Below, in pieces: positions 12,476 to 25,904 of a stretch of DNA of 64,000 bases (positions are counted from its first letter, which is position 1; each line of letters starts with the position of its first letter). The notes under the pieces were generated by a model that had not been told where the DNA came from, did no database searches, and saw nothing but the letters and a program-made list of their open reading frames with translations. The position numbers and the translations under genes are program-made. The stretch is from Ginglymostoma cirratum (taxonomy: Eukaryota): NCBI GenBank assembly GCA_024137785.1, contig JAHRHZ010000076.1:1646048-1710047 (forward strand), given 5' to 3'.

Positions 12476-12599
12476 ATTCGCAAACGTGTGCATTGTTTTT
12501 GATTCTAAAGTCGGAGTTGTTAATACAAGTTATAGATCCCAGATGCTTGGTTTCACACACTGCAGTGTTATGAACTTACTTTCAGTAAGACACATTTTG

Positions 12600-12932
12600 A
12601 TGGCACGGTGGTTAGCGCTGCTGCCTCACAGTACCAAGGACCCGGGTTCAGTTTTACCCTCGGGCGACTGTGTTGGAGTTGTCACATTCTCCTTGCGTCT
12701 GCGTAGGTTTTCTCCGTGTGCTCCAGTTTCGTCCCACAGTCCAAAGATGTGCAGGTCAAGTGAATTGGCCATACTAAATTGCCCATAGTGCCCAGGGATG
12801 TGTAGGCTAGGTGGGTGCCCAATGAGAAATGCAGGGAAAGGGTGGGAGGTTGGGTCTGGGTGGGATGCTCTTCAGAGGGTTGGTGTGGACTCGATGGGCT
12901 GAATGGGCTGCTTCCACAATGTAGGGATTCTA
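12600..12932 (+). mobile_element. HE1-type V-SINE
   Basis: tggcacggtggttagcgctgctgcctcacag head, B-box-like gggttca, V-domain, and CR1-type tail tgtagggattct. Confidence 0.9.
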
Positions 12933-13349
12933 CGAGTTTTGTATTTTAAAAAGCTGAATGTGTAAGGATGAGTCTAACAGCAGAACCTTTTAGAAGCTCT
13001 GCAGCTGCAGATTATGCACCATTGAACAGAAACCTTACATGATCCCATATGAGACTGGAGCCCTGCAGCATACTGTGTTAAATCAGAGAACTGCAGCAAA
13101 AGAAAGAAAACAGGGATTCATCTCTTTGTGAGGTTCTGCAAATTATTACTGTTGACATGCCTTTGTAATGAGGGTGTTTTGTGTCATCATGCCTATAACA
13201 AGATTGAGGCTTGCATTATCACTTCTGATGTGTTTGCTACCACGTTCATTACTGCATGATTTATTAGAAGCAAAGAGTCCCAGTGGTCTCTTTGGTGAAA
13301 AATAAACCATCTCAAGCTATCAGCTGAGAGGACAGTCACGATGAACATA

Positions 13350-13780
13350 AAACGAAAAATCTTACATTCATATAGCACTTTTCATGCCCTTGAGATGTTT
13401 GAAAACATCTTACAGTTAGTACTTTTGAAAGGTAATCACAACTGGGAATGTAGGAAAACATGACAGGCAATTTTTACAGAACAAGATCCCACAAATTGCT
13501 ATGGTAAATGATGAGATAATCTATATTAATGATATTTATTGAGAAATAAATCTGAGCCAGGGCACAGCAGTGCTGACCTGCTCTTCTTCAAATAGTAGAA
13601 AGGAATCTTTTATTTCAATCTAAAAGGTAAAATAAGGCTTCAGCTTGCTCTGTGATCTAAAAGACTGTTGTTCATAAGTATAGATTTTTCCCAGTACTGT
13701 GTCAGATTTGATTTCATGTTCGAATACCAGGAGTGGGATTTTAATACACAAGAACCATCTCAGAGTGAAGACTGATGTAA
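13350..13780 (-). mobile_element. DeuSINE (SacSINE1-like) relic
   Basis: Deu-like core ctgctcttcttcaaatagt..ggaatctttt and tail cttacattcatatagcacttttca. A second partial copy lies at about 13840-14010. Confidence 0.65.
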
Positions 13781-14679
13781 ATACCATAAATTAATATATG
13801 TTAATTTTCCTGCTAATATATCCCTTTAATATCAATGATATGCCTTTCATAGCACCAGTCACATCCCTCGGACATGCTTCATAGCCGATAGAGCACTTTC
13901 AAAACCTCATCAGAATTGTTACGTAGGCAAAAATGGGAGTAAAATTTGCACACAGCAAGTTCCCAGAAACAGTAGTAAAATGTATGACTAGAAACCTTTT
14001 GTTTAAATATTGTCTCATAGAAACCCAACTTGTGTTCAAATAATGCATTTTAAGAAATATGTATCTACCTACTGGCACAGTGTAAATGTCAAATTAACAT
14101 CTCATCTAAAATATGACACCAATGAAGCATCAAACCTGAAAACATGCTCAGATCTGAGGAGGAGAGCTTTGACCCTTGATCTGCACATTTTAAGGTGGAA
14201 GCATACCAATGTTGGTATCTCTGAAAATGCCTAAAGAAAAGGAACAAGCAATTCTTCGGAAGATGTCTGTAACAGGGAAACATCAAACAGTAATCTGCAT
14301 CCATAGAGATTTCAAAGTAGAAGAAAACACCTCATGGTCCTACACAGAAGCAAAATCAAAAATGAGCATCACAAACAGCTCGGTAAGAGAGAATTTAAAT
14401 CTTGGTCAAAGGCCAAGATATTAAGATCCTTTGTGAAGAAAAAGTGCAGTGGAAAGGTAGAGAGATGTTAATTCAGAGATGGGGTCTACCAGCTGAAGTC
14501 ATGGTCACCAATGGTGGGTTGAGAAAGGGGACACATAAAAATAGAGTCAGTTGCATCAGAATTTATCTTAAAACTAACTTAGTATCTAAAATTAATATAT
14601 TTGAAAGTAAGATCTGTAGCTGTTTAGTTGTCAATATCCACACTTTGTAAATTGCCAAACTTAATAAGATTTTTTTTTC

Positions 14680-15305
14680 GAGATAACACAGTGTTGGGCT
14701 GGATGAACACAGCAGGCCAAGCAGCATCACAGGAGCAGGAAAGCTTGACATTTCGGGCCTAGACCCTTCATCAGAAACGGGGGAGGGGAAAAGGGTTCTG
14801 AAATAAATAGGGAGAGAGGGGGAGGCGGATAGAAGATGGATAGAGGAGAGGATAGGTGGAGAGGAGACAGACAAGTTGAAGAGGCGGGGATGGAGCCAGT
14901 AAAGGTGAGTACAGGTGTGGGGGTAGGGAGGAGATAGGTCAGTCCAGGGAGGACGGACAGGCCAAGGGGGCGGGATGATGTTAGTAGATAGGAGATGGGG
15001 GTGGGGCTTGAGGTAGGAGGAGTGGATAGGTGAGACGAAGGACAGGTTAGGGAGGCGGAGATGAGCTGGGCTCGTTTTGGGATGCGGTTGGGGGAGGGGA
15101 GATTTTGAAGCTTGTGAAATCCACATTGATACCATTGGGCTGCAGGGTTCCCAGGCTGAATATGATTTGCTGTTCCTGCAGCCTTCGGGTGGCATCACTG
15201 TAGCATTGCAGGAGGCCCAGGATGGACATGTCATCTGAGGAATGAGAGGGGGAGTTGAAATGGTTCGCAACTGGGAGGTGCAGTTGTTTGTTGCAAACTG
15301 AGCGC
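14680..15305 (-). mobile_element. Penelope-like element 3' fragment (GIY-YIG C-terminus plus pLTR)
   Basis: ORF 15047..15229 (MSILGLLQCYSDATRRLQEQQIIFSLGTLQPNGINVDF). Same family as 2381-3058. Confidence 0.9.
14743..14778 (-). ncRNA. Minimal hammerhead ribozyme motif (PLE type)
   Basis: CTGATGA-A-GGGTC-TA-GGCCC-GAAA-TGTC. Core intact; the helix III palindrome ACGT has decayed to ATGT. Confidence 0.65.
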
Positions 15306-16204
15306 TATCACTTATTTGTATTTCAATGCAAAAGAAGGCTGTCAAATCCTTGCCAACTCTCTGTAGCAGCAAGTTTCTCATGCCTTTGCCCTTTCCATTA
15401 ACCAGAATCACAGAATAGATACAGTGCAGAGGGTGATCATTTTGCCATTTGTATCCACCTTACTCTTCCAATACACGCTTCAGAGGAGGCCCATTGTTTT
15501 ATATTGTTTAACTGTGATCTTTGTATCAAATGTATCCACTCACACTTCCCTGCGCTAAGCTTCACGTTTACCTGTTCACTCCACCAACTTGCTAATTTCC
15601 ACTAGAAGTTGTACATTGCTGTCCTTGCAATGTGCAATGCTTCTGCTCTCCCTCACTGAACTCAGTTATGCACCAAACTCACCATGATTCCAGCCTGCCC
15701 CACTGCATGCTACCACTACAAATTATTTATCTTATTGAGCTTTTCCAATTCCCTTTTGAAAGTGATGATAGAACCAACTTCAAAGCACACTCAAGCAATG
15801 CACTCACTGTGCTAATAAAAGAGTCCTCATGTTACCTCACGATTCTTGTACCAACCACCCTAAGTTAGTGTCCTTTGTTCGTTAACATTACCTCCCAGCA
15901 CCAGGAACAATATTGCCCTATCTAATCTAATGAGGTCCCCCATGACCTTGAAAACCTCAATATAATTTTCTGTCCACCTATTTTCCAAGCAAAACACCTG
16001 CTGTGTCTTCAATTTATTGACATAACTGAAATCCCTCATCCCTGGTGTCCTTCTGTAAATATTCTTTAAAGGGTGTAATGAAAAAGATAATCAACACATG
16101 AATGTCAGGGAAGAAAAGAGCTTTAAGATGCTACAGCATAAACCTTGGTGAAAGCCATGGGTAAAAAGAATAGCTTTGAAGACAGAGAGGATTGTGCAGA
16201 AGCA

Positions 16205-17120
16205 GAGGGTTTTAGGAAAGTAAATGACAGGGAAATGAATGATAGCATAACATTGCAAAGGGATATTGATACACTCAGTGAATGGGTGGAATTGTGACAG
16301 ACAGTGTTTAATGTAAGCAAGAATGAGGTTATCAATCTTGGAGTGGAAAAGGATAGATCAGTGTACTTTCTAGATAGTATGAAAGAATATACAGTCGATG
16401 CCCAAAGAGACTGGGAGATACTATGCTTAGGTCTTTAAAATATTATGAACAGGTGCAGAAAATAATCAACAAACCTAATGGAATGCTTTCCTTTCTAGCT
16501 CGAGGAATGGAGTAATAGGATGCAGAAGTTATGTTGCCGTAGTAATGCTGCAGTTTTACAAAATCCATGGTTAGACTTGAAGTACTGTAAGCAGATCTGG
16601 GCACCACACCGTAGTTAGGATATACTGACCTTGGAGGGAATACAATGTAGATTTACATACACACAATGTAAAATGATACCTGCATTTCAGGGATTAAGTT
16701 ATGAGGAGAGATTATATAAATTGGGCCTATTTTCTCTCAAATTTAGATGCGTAATGGGTGACCTGATCAAAGTCTTCAAGACACTAACAGGAAAAGATAG
16801 GGTTGATAAAGATAATTTTTTTTCACTTGGTTGGAGATTCTAGAATTGGGGAATGTGGCATTGTTTGAGAATCAGGACCAGACCACTCAGGAGAGATGTT
16901 AAGAAGAACTTCTGCACACAAAGGCCGACAGATGTTTGGAATTCTCTTTCATACATGGCAGTGAATGCTGGATCAGTTGTTAATTTTCATTTTGTTAATC
17001 AAGGGTACTAAGGGATATGAGCCAAACGCTAATATATGGAGTTAAGTCACAGATCAGCCACAATCTAATTGAATGGTAGAACAGACTTACTTACTCCTGT
17101 TCCTGAGTTCATATGTTCCT
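16205..17120 (+). mobile_element. CR1-type LINE 3' fragment
   Basis: ORF 16631..16843 (GLSYEERLYKLGLFSLKFRCVMGDLIKVFK). Tail ctcctgttcctgagttcatatgttcct. Confidence 0.85.
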
Positions 17121-18464
17121 AATTCTAGATCATCGAGTCGAGGTATCTGGATTGAACTATTTTTAAAAGGTATCTGATTGTCAACTAGCGTAGACGAAAG
17201 TTTCTTTAACCTTGTTTTTAGATATTTTAGGTTTGTTTTCTTTTCATGCCCTTGTTAATCCTTTTCTTCACTTGAGTGTTTCAGATTTCAAGTTCTTTTA
17301 CCTTTATTTTCAGTTAACATCTAAGGAGTTACTTTTTAATGACTGAAAACTCAATGTCATTGAATTTTTTTAGAAAAGCCTGTTTCTAACTTTTTATTCT
17401 ACAGAAACACAATTATTCACCCATAATCCTAACAAATAGGCTATTTTTGAATCAATGTGCAAAATAGAATGGTTAATCAATCAATAACAAAGAATGAATA
17501 ATAGCAACATATTAACTTGATAAAAAATGTTATTTTTCTCTACGATCAATAAAATGAGCACTCCAAAGCATGATGTTTTGCTTCCAGGCATGCCTATCAT
17601 TAGAACTGAATTACATGCGTATGTTTCATCAGTTGTGAACAAGTTCATAGGAGTACCACCCATCAATAAAGCTGTCCATCTAAGGGAATAGCCTTGAGCT
17701 CTATTCAATGTGTGCTCTCTGACGCTTAATTGCAGAACTAAGGAGGAGGACAGCGATAGATTGTAACCTGTGAAAGACCAAATAGCTTCCGAGATAGGTA
17801 ACAACATCTGTAGATATTCGTGGGGAATAATGGCTTCTCAATAATGGGGGAGCCATTAGTGCCAAAGGTAAGGCTGAAGTATTTGCAACAATCTTCAGCC
17901 AGAGTGTCAAATGGATGTTTCATCTTGGCCTCCTCCAGTGGTTCCCAACATCACAGATACCACCCTTCAGCCAATCTGATTTACTTGATTCACTCCACAT
18001 GACATCAAGAAATGGTTGGAGGCACTGAATACTGAAACAACAATGGGCCCTGGCAATATTCCAGCAATAGTACTGAAGAATTGTGTTCCAGAACTTGCCA
18101 AGGCCTCAAGCCAAGCTGTTTCAGTACAGCTGCAGCATGGCATCTCCCCAAAAATATGGATATTTTTCCAGTATGCCCTGTACACAAAAGCAGGGAAAAT
18201 CCAACCCACTCAATTACAACCACATCTATCTACTCTTGATCATCTGTAAAGTGATGCAAAGTGACAGCAGCAGTGCTATCAAGCAGCACTTGTTCATCAA
18301 TAACCCTCATACACTAACTTCCAGTCTGGGTTCCACCCGGACCACTTGGCTGTTGACCTGATTGCACCTTCAATCCAAACAAGTATGAATGAGAGTGACT
18401 GTCTCCGATCCGGGCTACATTTGGCTAAGTATGACATTAAGGGGCTCTAATAAGACTAATGTCA

Positions 18465-18582
18465 GTTCTGAAGAAGGGTCTGAAGAAGACTTGGCACTCC
18501 ACAGATGCTGCCAGATCTGTTGAGATTCTCCAGAAATTTCTGTTTGTTTCAGATATCTAACATCCACAGTTCTCTTTTTTTT
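18465..18582 (+). mobile_element. Short PLE-derived module nested in a LINE
   Basis: gttctgaagaagggtc...cacagatgctgccagatctgttgagattctccag, with the hammerhead partly deleted. Host LINE resumes at gtcaatgggaatcag. Confidence 0.75.
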
Positions 18583-18686
18583 GGTGTCAATGGGAATCAG
18601 GAGGAAAACCCTTGACTGGTTGGAGTCAAACCTGACACAAAGGAAGATGTGGTTGTTGGAGGTTAGTTTTCTTTGTTCCAGGATAT

Positions 18687-19502
18687 AAGAACATAAGAAC
18701 ATAAGAACTAGGAGCAGGAGTAGGCCATCTGGCCCCTCAAGCCTGCCCCGCCATTTAATAAGATCATGGCTGATCTTTTTGAGACTCAGCTCCACTAACC
18801 CGCCTACTCACCATAACCCTTAATTCCTTTAGTGTTCAAAAATTTATCTAGCCTTGCCTTAAAAACATTCAGTGAGGTAGCTTCAACCACTTCACTGGGC
18901 AGGGAATTCCACAGATTCACAACCCTTTGGGTGAAGAAGTTCCTCCTGACCTCCGTCCTACATCTGCTTTCCTTTATTTTGAGGCGATGCCCTCTAGTCC
19001 TAGTTTCACCTGCTAGCGGAAACAACCTCCCTGCCTCCACCTTATCTATTCCCTTCATAATCTTATATGTTTCTATAGGATCTCCCGTCATTCTTCTGAA
19101 TTCCAATGAGTATAATCCCAGACTACTCAGTCTCTCCTCATAATCCAACCCTCTCAACTCTGGAATCAACCGAGTGAATCTCCTCTGTACTCCCTCCAGT
19201 GCTAGTATATCTCTTCTCAAATGAGGAGACCAAAACTGCACACAGTACTCCAGGTTTGGCCTCACCAGGACCCTATACAGCTGCAGCATACCCTCCCTGT
19301 TTTTAAACTCCATCCATCTAGCAATGGCAGACAAAATTCCATTTGCCTTTTTAATTACCGGCTGCACCTGCAATCCCACCTTCAGCGATTCATGCACAAG
19401 GACACCCAGGTCCCTCTGCAGAGCAGCGTGCTGCAATTTTTTACCATTTAAAACATAGTTCATTTTCCTGTTATTCCTACCAAAATGGATGACCTCACAC
19501 TT
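18687..19502 (-). mobile_element. Young CR1-type LINE 3' fragment nested in an older LINE
   Basis: Uninterrupted 219-aa ORF 18804..19463 (RDLGV..LYRVLVRPNLEYCVQFWSPH..RRNFFTQRVVNLWNSLP). (ataagaac)n tail. Confidence 0.92.
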
Positions 19503-20254
19503 ACATCTCCGCAGAGAGATATCTCAAAGTAGCATTCTAGGATTAACCATCTTCAGCTCTCTCAATAATGACTTGCTCTCCATCATAAGGTCAGAAGTGG
19601 GAATGTTCGCTGATGATTGCACAATGTACAACACCGTTCATGACTTCTCAGATATCAAAGCAGTCCATATCCAAATGCAGCAAGACCTGGACAATATCCA
19701 GATTTGGGCTGACAAATGGCAAATGTTCAGGCTACACAAGTGCCAAGCAATGAACATCGCCAATAATAGAGAGTCTAACCATTGATTTTTGACACTCAAT
19801 GGCATTATAATTACAGCTGTCTCAGAGGATAAGGGTCTCAGAAAGATGGGAATCACTTTCAATTTCACCTCCAAGCCACCCACCATCCTGACTTGGAACT
19901 ATATTGCCATTCCTTCAGTACTGAGGTACTTCCTCCCTGACATCAATTTGGGTCTAGCCACAGGACATGGATTGCAGTGGTTCAAGACTTTCTCAAATAC
20001 AGCTAGGATGGGCAATAAATGCTGGCTTAACCAGCGATGTCCACAATCCTCAAATGAATAAAAAATATTAAAGGTATAAAATGACTGACAAAAAGAATGT
20101 AAAAGTTCTGCAGAACAGAACAGGGAATGTAAGTTCTGTAATTTTTCATTGTTTGTATCATGTTGTTTTGAAACCGAACATTTTATTGCAACATAATCGG
20201 TTTGAGATTCCATTTGATGTACAATTTACCTGATATCAGCTGAACCAGCAAAAA

Positions 20255-20340
20255 ATAAATTTGGGAACAAAAACAGAAATTGCTGGAAAAATGTAGTAGG
20301 TCTGGCAGCAGAAAATATAATTAACCCTTCTTCAAAACTG
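20255..20340 (-). mobile_element. Decayed fragment of the PLE-derived module
   Basis: aacaaaaacagaaattgctggaaaa...aggtctggcagca...cccttcttca resembles 7925-8064. Confidence 0.6.
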
Positions 20341-22395
20341 GATTTAGGAAAGAGTCAGGAATTTTGCGCACAAATTGCTTCCAGTGTAAATTGAGTTTCA
20401 ACAGGCTTTTGAATTACTTTAAAGAAACTTTGCACTACAGAATTGTTTATGTGCCTAGTTCATGGCCAATTTCTGCTAGTTTCATCTCTTTGTGGTCCTT
20501 TGAAAAGGCTAATAAAATTAACTTTTCTTCAGGGACAAGTACACAAACAGCCAATCTATAAAAATAATTTACTTAGGAACAGAATACTGTACATCACTAA
20601 AAGTGAAAAATAGTTTGTACATTTTGTAATAATGCCAGTTTCATTTATTTAAAATCAGAGTACACCAATGGTATAGCAGCCTGTGACTATACTTAATTAT
20701 GTAATGAATTCATTTCCATTGTTTTAAAAAGAAACTGTACCAAGTTATAAATCTTAAATACATATCAGTGCTATCCACTTTAGTGAAGGACCTGAAAAAG
20801 AATTATATTCTAATGCATTACTCATTACAGTGTTTCATAGTGCATTTCCTGTTTAGCAGCATGAAAATGAATTTATACAGAATTCTAAACAAGAAAATTC
20901 AGCGGACTAATATCATTTTGAGTGGCAGTTGCATCTGGTTTGCCATTGCTCCCAAAAAGGGATTCAAATTCCCAGACGTGAAATTAGTTAAATTTGTACA
21001 TGCACAATTATTAGCCGGTATAACGTTCAAAAATCAGACATTCATAAAATGACCGAAGTTTTAATGTGTGTGGGGGCACCGTTGGCCCATTATATATACA
21101 TCACCTCTTCAAACAAGCTTATTACCTACTGCCAATCTCTTGTTTCCTTTTCCCTTACCCTTGCATGTTGATTCTATCCAAATAACCGTCCAATGCCTCA
21201 ACTGAATCTGCCTCCACTACACTTCCAGGCAGTGCATTCTACATTGTTTTCTGAATAGGATCCCTTTCCTTCCAGGTTGGTGCCCAGCACTAATATTTCT
21301 GACTTGTTACAGCCCCATAAAACCTGCAGTTTACTCCTCTAATGCATCTGCAGCATTCATTGTTGTGTTTGATTGTGTTTGCCTGATATCTGACCTCTGT
21401 GAGTTATTTGTTTCGCACAGGTGTTGTCAGTTAGAAATGAAACTGAGCTTTGAACAAGCTGCTGTAAGTATGAGATGGTAAACATAAAGAAGTATTGAAG
21501 AAAACAATTGTTGCATACCCCTCTCATCTCAGCAGATTTCTGAGGTTTAAAACATGACTTGAAATGAGGTTGATAGATGACAACATAAATATATTGGCTC
21601 CTGCACACTTGCCTTTTCACTTGGAGAACAGTCCATGCTACGCGATCAATAGATTTCAAGATTTATGACCTACTTGATCACTTTGGGATGGACAGTCTGG
21701 ATGTAGTTGTTACCCCCAAGAAGATGATACACTTACATTGTAAGAAAACAGAAGGCTAGCAAGTATCTGAGCAACTTCTTAATTTGGATGCATTGATATG
21801 TCCTCACTGTTTCAAGTCCAAGATTTTAATGACTGTCCTTTTTGAACAGTGTTTGCAGTCTCACTTTTCTACTTTGAAATTGGTTGGGGAAACTCACTAC
21901 CAACAATCTGCCCAGCTTGTGCATTCCTTTTTTACAAAGCATTTTTGATGAATTCAGCATAAAAAAAAAACTGACTGTCCTTTTGGAAGAGAGTGAATGA
22001 TATAACTTCTCAGGGCTGTACTTCCTGAGCAAGTTGTGTCTGCCAAGATCCCAGTGACAGCCGTAAGTGATAAAATCCAGGGCATGGATTTTGACACAAT
22101 TAGTAAATATCAATGAGAAAAATTATTCTCAAATGAAATTAATTCATTGAAGAAAGGAATAGTGAATATTGAAACCAATTGTTGTGTGTCTATCATCATA
22201 ATAAAATGTAACTTAATCATTTTGGCATAGAGTATTGTTTGCAACAATATTGATTTATTTTAAATTAGCCACAAAGTTGACCTGTTTTCAGCAAGCTGTT
22301 CTACTGCATTCTGGATTACATACGTATAATCATTTCACAACATAATTCATTGGAAGCATTCACCTGAAAAATGAGGAGCAGCACATACTTGGTAA

Positions 22396-22755
22396 AGGGA
22401 AAAGTGATGGCCTGGTGGTGTTATCACTGGACTGTTAATCCAGAGACACAGATAATGCTCCAGGGACCCAAGTTCGAATCCTGTCATGGCAGCTGGTAGA
22501 ATTTGAATTCAATAAAATAAAACTGAATTTCGGGTCTATTGCTTACCACGAATCCATTGCCAATTGTTGGCGGGAACCCCATCTGGTTCACTAATGTTGT
22601 CTGGGTAAGGAAACTGCCATCCTTACCTGGTCTGGCTTACGTGTGACTCCAGAAGCACAGCAATGTGCTCAACTGCCCTCTGGAGAATTAGGAATGGGTA
22701 ATAAATGCTGCCTAGCCAGTGATACCCTCATCCTGTGAATGAATAAAGAAAAAAC
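22396..22755 (+). mobile_element. tRNA-headed SINE sharing its 3' tail with the CR1-group LINE
   Basis: A box TGGCCTGGTGG (22408-22418) and B box GTTCGAATCC (22472-22481). Tail matches the LINE 3' end at about 20005-20065. Confidence 0.85.
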
Positions 22756-24869
22756 AAAATAATATTTAAACTCAGGGCAGGTTTTAATTCTTGATTTCTG
22801 CCAAGGGAACTCCCCATTGTTGCTGTGTGATACTGTGTCAACAGCTGTGATACTGAGCCATACAGGACAGAAAAAAAAACAAGTGCAATGCCCAGTATGT
22901 GTGAAGAATGTTGATTAATCTAGAATGTTGGAATACTATTATCTATCATGAAGTTTGTGAAATAAAGTAGAAAAGAAAATAAAAAAAATCATGATTTCTG
23001 CTATCCAGTAGCTGCTGTTAAAAAGATACATTTGCAGGAATTGGATGAAAGTATAATGAATATCGATATGTTACCTCTATGAACAGATTGATTAGTCCCT
23101 GCCTATGCTCCAAGGGTCATCAATTGGAAATAGTGCAAAAATGCTCCACCGTTGAGAACATCAATGTCTTCAGGAGTAAAGAGGAAAGCGGGGTAATGCA
23201 AATTATTAATTTAGACTTTATATTGAATTGTATAAGGGTCATACACATTGTCAAACCTAGCTTTAAATGTTGAATGAGTTTGATCTGGAAGAACCGATTG
23301 TAGAATGTCTATTCCTGATGAAGTCTGGTTATGATAACAGACAAACATTCAAAGCCACCATCTCACATTCATCATACACAATCTTTTAAGAGTCATTACA
23401 CTTCAATTATGCCCAGTATATCAAAGAATAGCTGGCCATGCTGACTAAATAGGTTACGAGTAATAGTTGAATCTAATCAAACCTGCGTTCTTCATTCTTA
23501 GTTCTGTGATCCTTGAAATGAAATTTGAAATACAGCTGATAGCATATTTTTTCATAAAATGATTCTGTAGTGATGGCATATATCATCACCTTCGTGATTT
23601 TTATAATTCCTTTTATTAATACTTTGGTGCATTGCTGAGTTTTCCAGACAAGCAGTCTGAGTAAGGACGTACATATCTTTTGTACACATTTATTTTTAAA
23701 TTTGACATTCATAAAAGTATTGAAACTGGAATTAATACCATCATATATCTAAATCAGTAATACAACACAATTGAATAATCTTATTATCTCCCAAATTGTA
23801 AGAAAAACAGAATATATTGGCTTGCTATAAATCAACATTAATGCAAAAAATAAGTATTAAAAGTAAGCCCAAATTGGCCTGAAGCAGGGAAGTAAATGTA
23901 ATTGAACTGAAATGTACATTAAGGGATCAATAGTCCTCAATATGTTATAAACTACGTTGTGATTATTTTCATTTCTCAGGAAGAAAAACAGTGTTCCAGT
24001 TGCACCGAAATATACTTTCCTGCTCTAGACATTGAGTTTGTTCTCAAGAGATAATCGTCTTAACTCAATGTATAGTTTTATTTTCATTGCACACAGATTT
24101 GGTTTGAAAAAAAAATTAATGTTTCTTTACTTAATGGTGAAGAGGAAAATAACATCAAAACAAGTATTCTAAAAAAATGAGGCATTAGATAAGTCAAATC
24201 TTGCTTGAAATTTATGAGGTACCTGAACCCGATGTTTTCAGGCCAAGTTTCGAGGTTGCACTGTAAATTGAGTATCTTGCTAAGAGACTGTTATGCTGTA
24301 TTTGTAGGGAATTAAGTTATAAGGATTAAAGAAATCAAATTTGACTGATTAAATTGAATTCAGGAACTATTGCCGTGATTCTGTCTTACTTTTGCAAGTA
24401 GACAGAATTTGAATAAAGGACACATTTTGCAGCTCTCTCACCTCTTTTCATCTTAATTTCACAGCTATCTTTTAATATACACACACTTATCTCATTTCTG
24501 TGATTTAGTAGTAGATTTGTATCAATTTAAAGAACCTCTAAGACAATTGTGGCTACAGTTGGCATCTTCAATGCCTGGCTAAGTTTCATTCCAATATGGC
24601 CAACAGACCAATGATATCAAATTATTCTGTTCTACAACAGGCTGCTGGGGCATTTACACCAATGTAGGTTGATTTTCTTTTCTATGAGTAGCTTTTCACT
24701 TTCAAAAGTTTGTGGGAGAGCAAGACTCATCATTTCAGTTACGATGAACATAAGTCTGCTTTCTACCATGACACTGTATAATATGTCGGAAGTCAAAAGT
24801 TTGATTTACTCACACAACCAAAGATGTTATGATTCTTTTTTTATAATTCTTAGTCTAACATATACATTA

Positions 24870-25222
24870 GGGCAGCATGGTGACTTAGTGGTTAGCACTG
24901 TTGCCTCACAGCACCAGTGGCCTGGGTTTGACGCCAGTCTTAGGTGACTCTGCGTGGAGTTTGCATATTCAACTCATGCATGTGTGAGTTTCCTCCAGGT
25001 GCTCCATTTCCTCCCACAGTCCCAAGATGTGCAGGTTAAGTGGATAGGCCATGTTAAATTGCCTTGGACTGTCCAGGGATTTGCAGGCTGCGTGGATTAG
25101 TCATGGGAAATGCAGGGTTACAATTATAGGGAAGGTGATGTGTCTGGTTGGGATGGTCTTCTGAGAGTTGGTATGGACCCGATGGGCCAAGTGGTCTGCT
25201 TCCACATTGTAGGGATTCCATG
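24870..25222 (+). mobile_element. HE1-type V-SINE
   Basis: Full head, V-domain and tail; homologous to 12600-12932. Confidence 0.9.
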
Positions 25223-25904
25223 AAAAACAACAATTCAATGAAGGTTTTAAATATTACGTTGAGATAATCTTTTTCTATGTATTATTTGAAATATATTATT
25301 CTTTATGATTTTTATTAATGATTGTCCTGAGTGTATTGTGATGGGTGCTTCATTTTAAATTCATGGAATTGATCCCAAATTGACATGGAAATTACTGGAA
25401 AATGGAAATTTGTTTTCAAGCATGGTTTATTAAAAATAAAATTTGTAGTGACGTTTTTTCAATACTGCATGCGAAACTGCAGATGAACTTGTGCCTCTAC
25501 TATTACGAAGAGTCAATGCCTGTGAAGAGAAAAGGCAGGGAGAAAATTGCACAGAAAAAAATGAACCGCAAACGCATAAAAAAGCAAAGAGACCTGCAGT
25601 CAATGCATTTTTAAAAAATTAAATCTGTATCTTATTAAAATTTCTTCAGTCAGAATCCTGAGAGAAACAGCAATAATGGCAATTTAATCTGAAGGGTTCT
25701 CCACTGGAAATCTGCATCAGATTATGTTTCTGCTCTATGTTGATTGTTTTAATGCGTATCATTGCTCCTTAATAATGTTTCTCTATCATCCAATTTTCCT
25801 TTCTTTATCTCCTTAACCACCTCCTGACTGATGTTGTACTACAGTTCAGTAAGTGTCAACTATCCTCAGATAAATAGTCACTTCATACTGCATAACATGA
25901 GCAT

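Larger units (their letters stand above)
17640..20065 (+). mobile_element. CR1-group (L2/CR1 superfamily) LINE RT region to 3' end, with two nested insertions
   Basis: GPGNIPAIVLKNCVPELA and SILGLTIFSSLNNDLLSIIRSEVGMFADDC. Tail gatgggcaataaatgctggc...aatgaataaaaaa. Confidence 0.88.

Noticed and set aside
14563-15411. Longest ORF (282 aa)
   Set aside because: It is an off-frame read through a PLE fragment and its pyrimidine-rich UTR, not a gene.
21250-22110. Complex sequence with faint GIY-YIG-like words on the minus strand
   Set aside because: Too degenerate to support a call.
22396-22490. tRNA gene (A and B boxes)
   Set aside because: No cloverleaf; it is a SINE head. The same applies to the HE1 heads.
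23980-24055. Acceptor-like site followed by EEKQCSSCTEIYFPALDIE
   Set aside because: No good donor and no recognisable homology.
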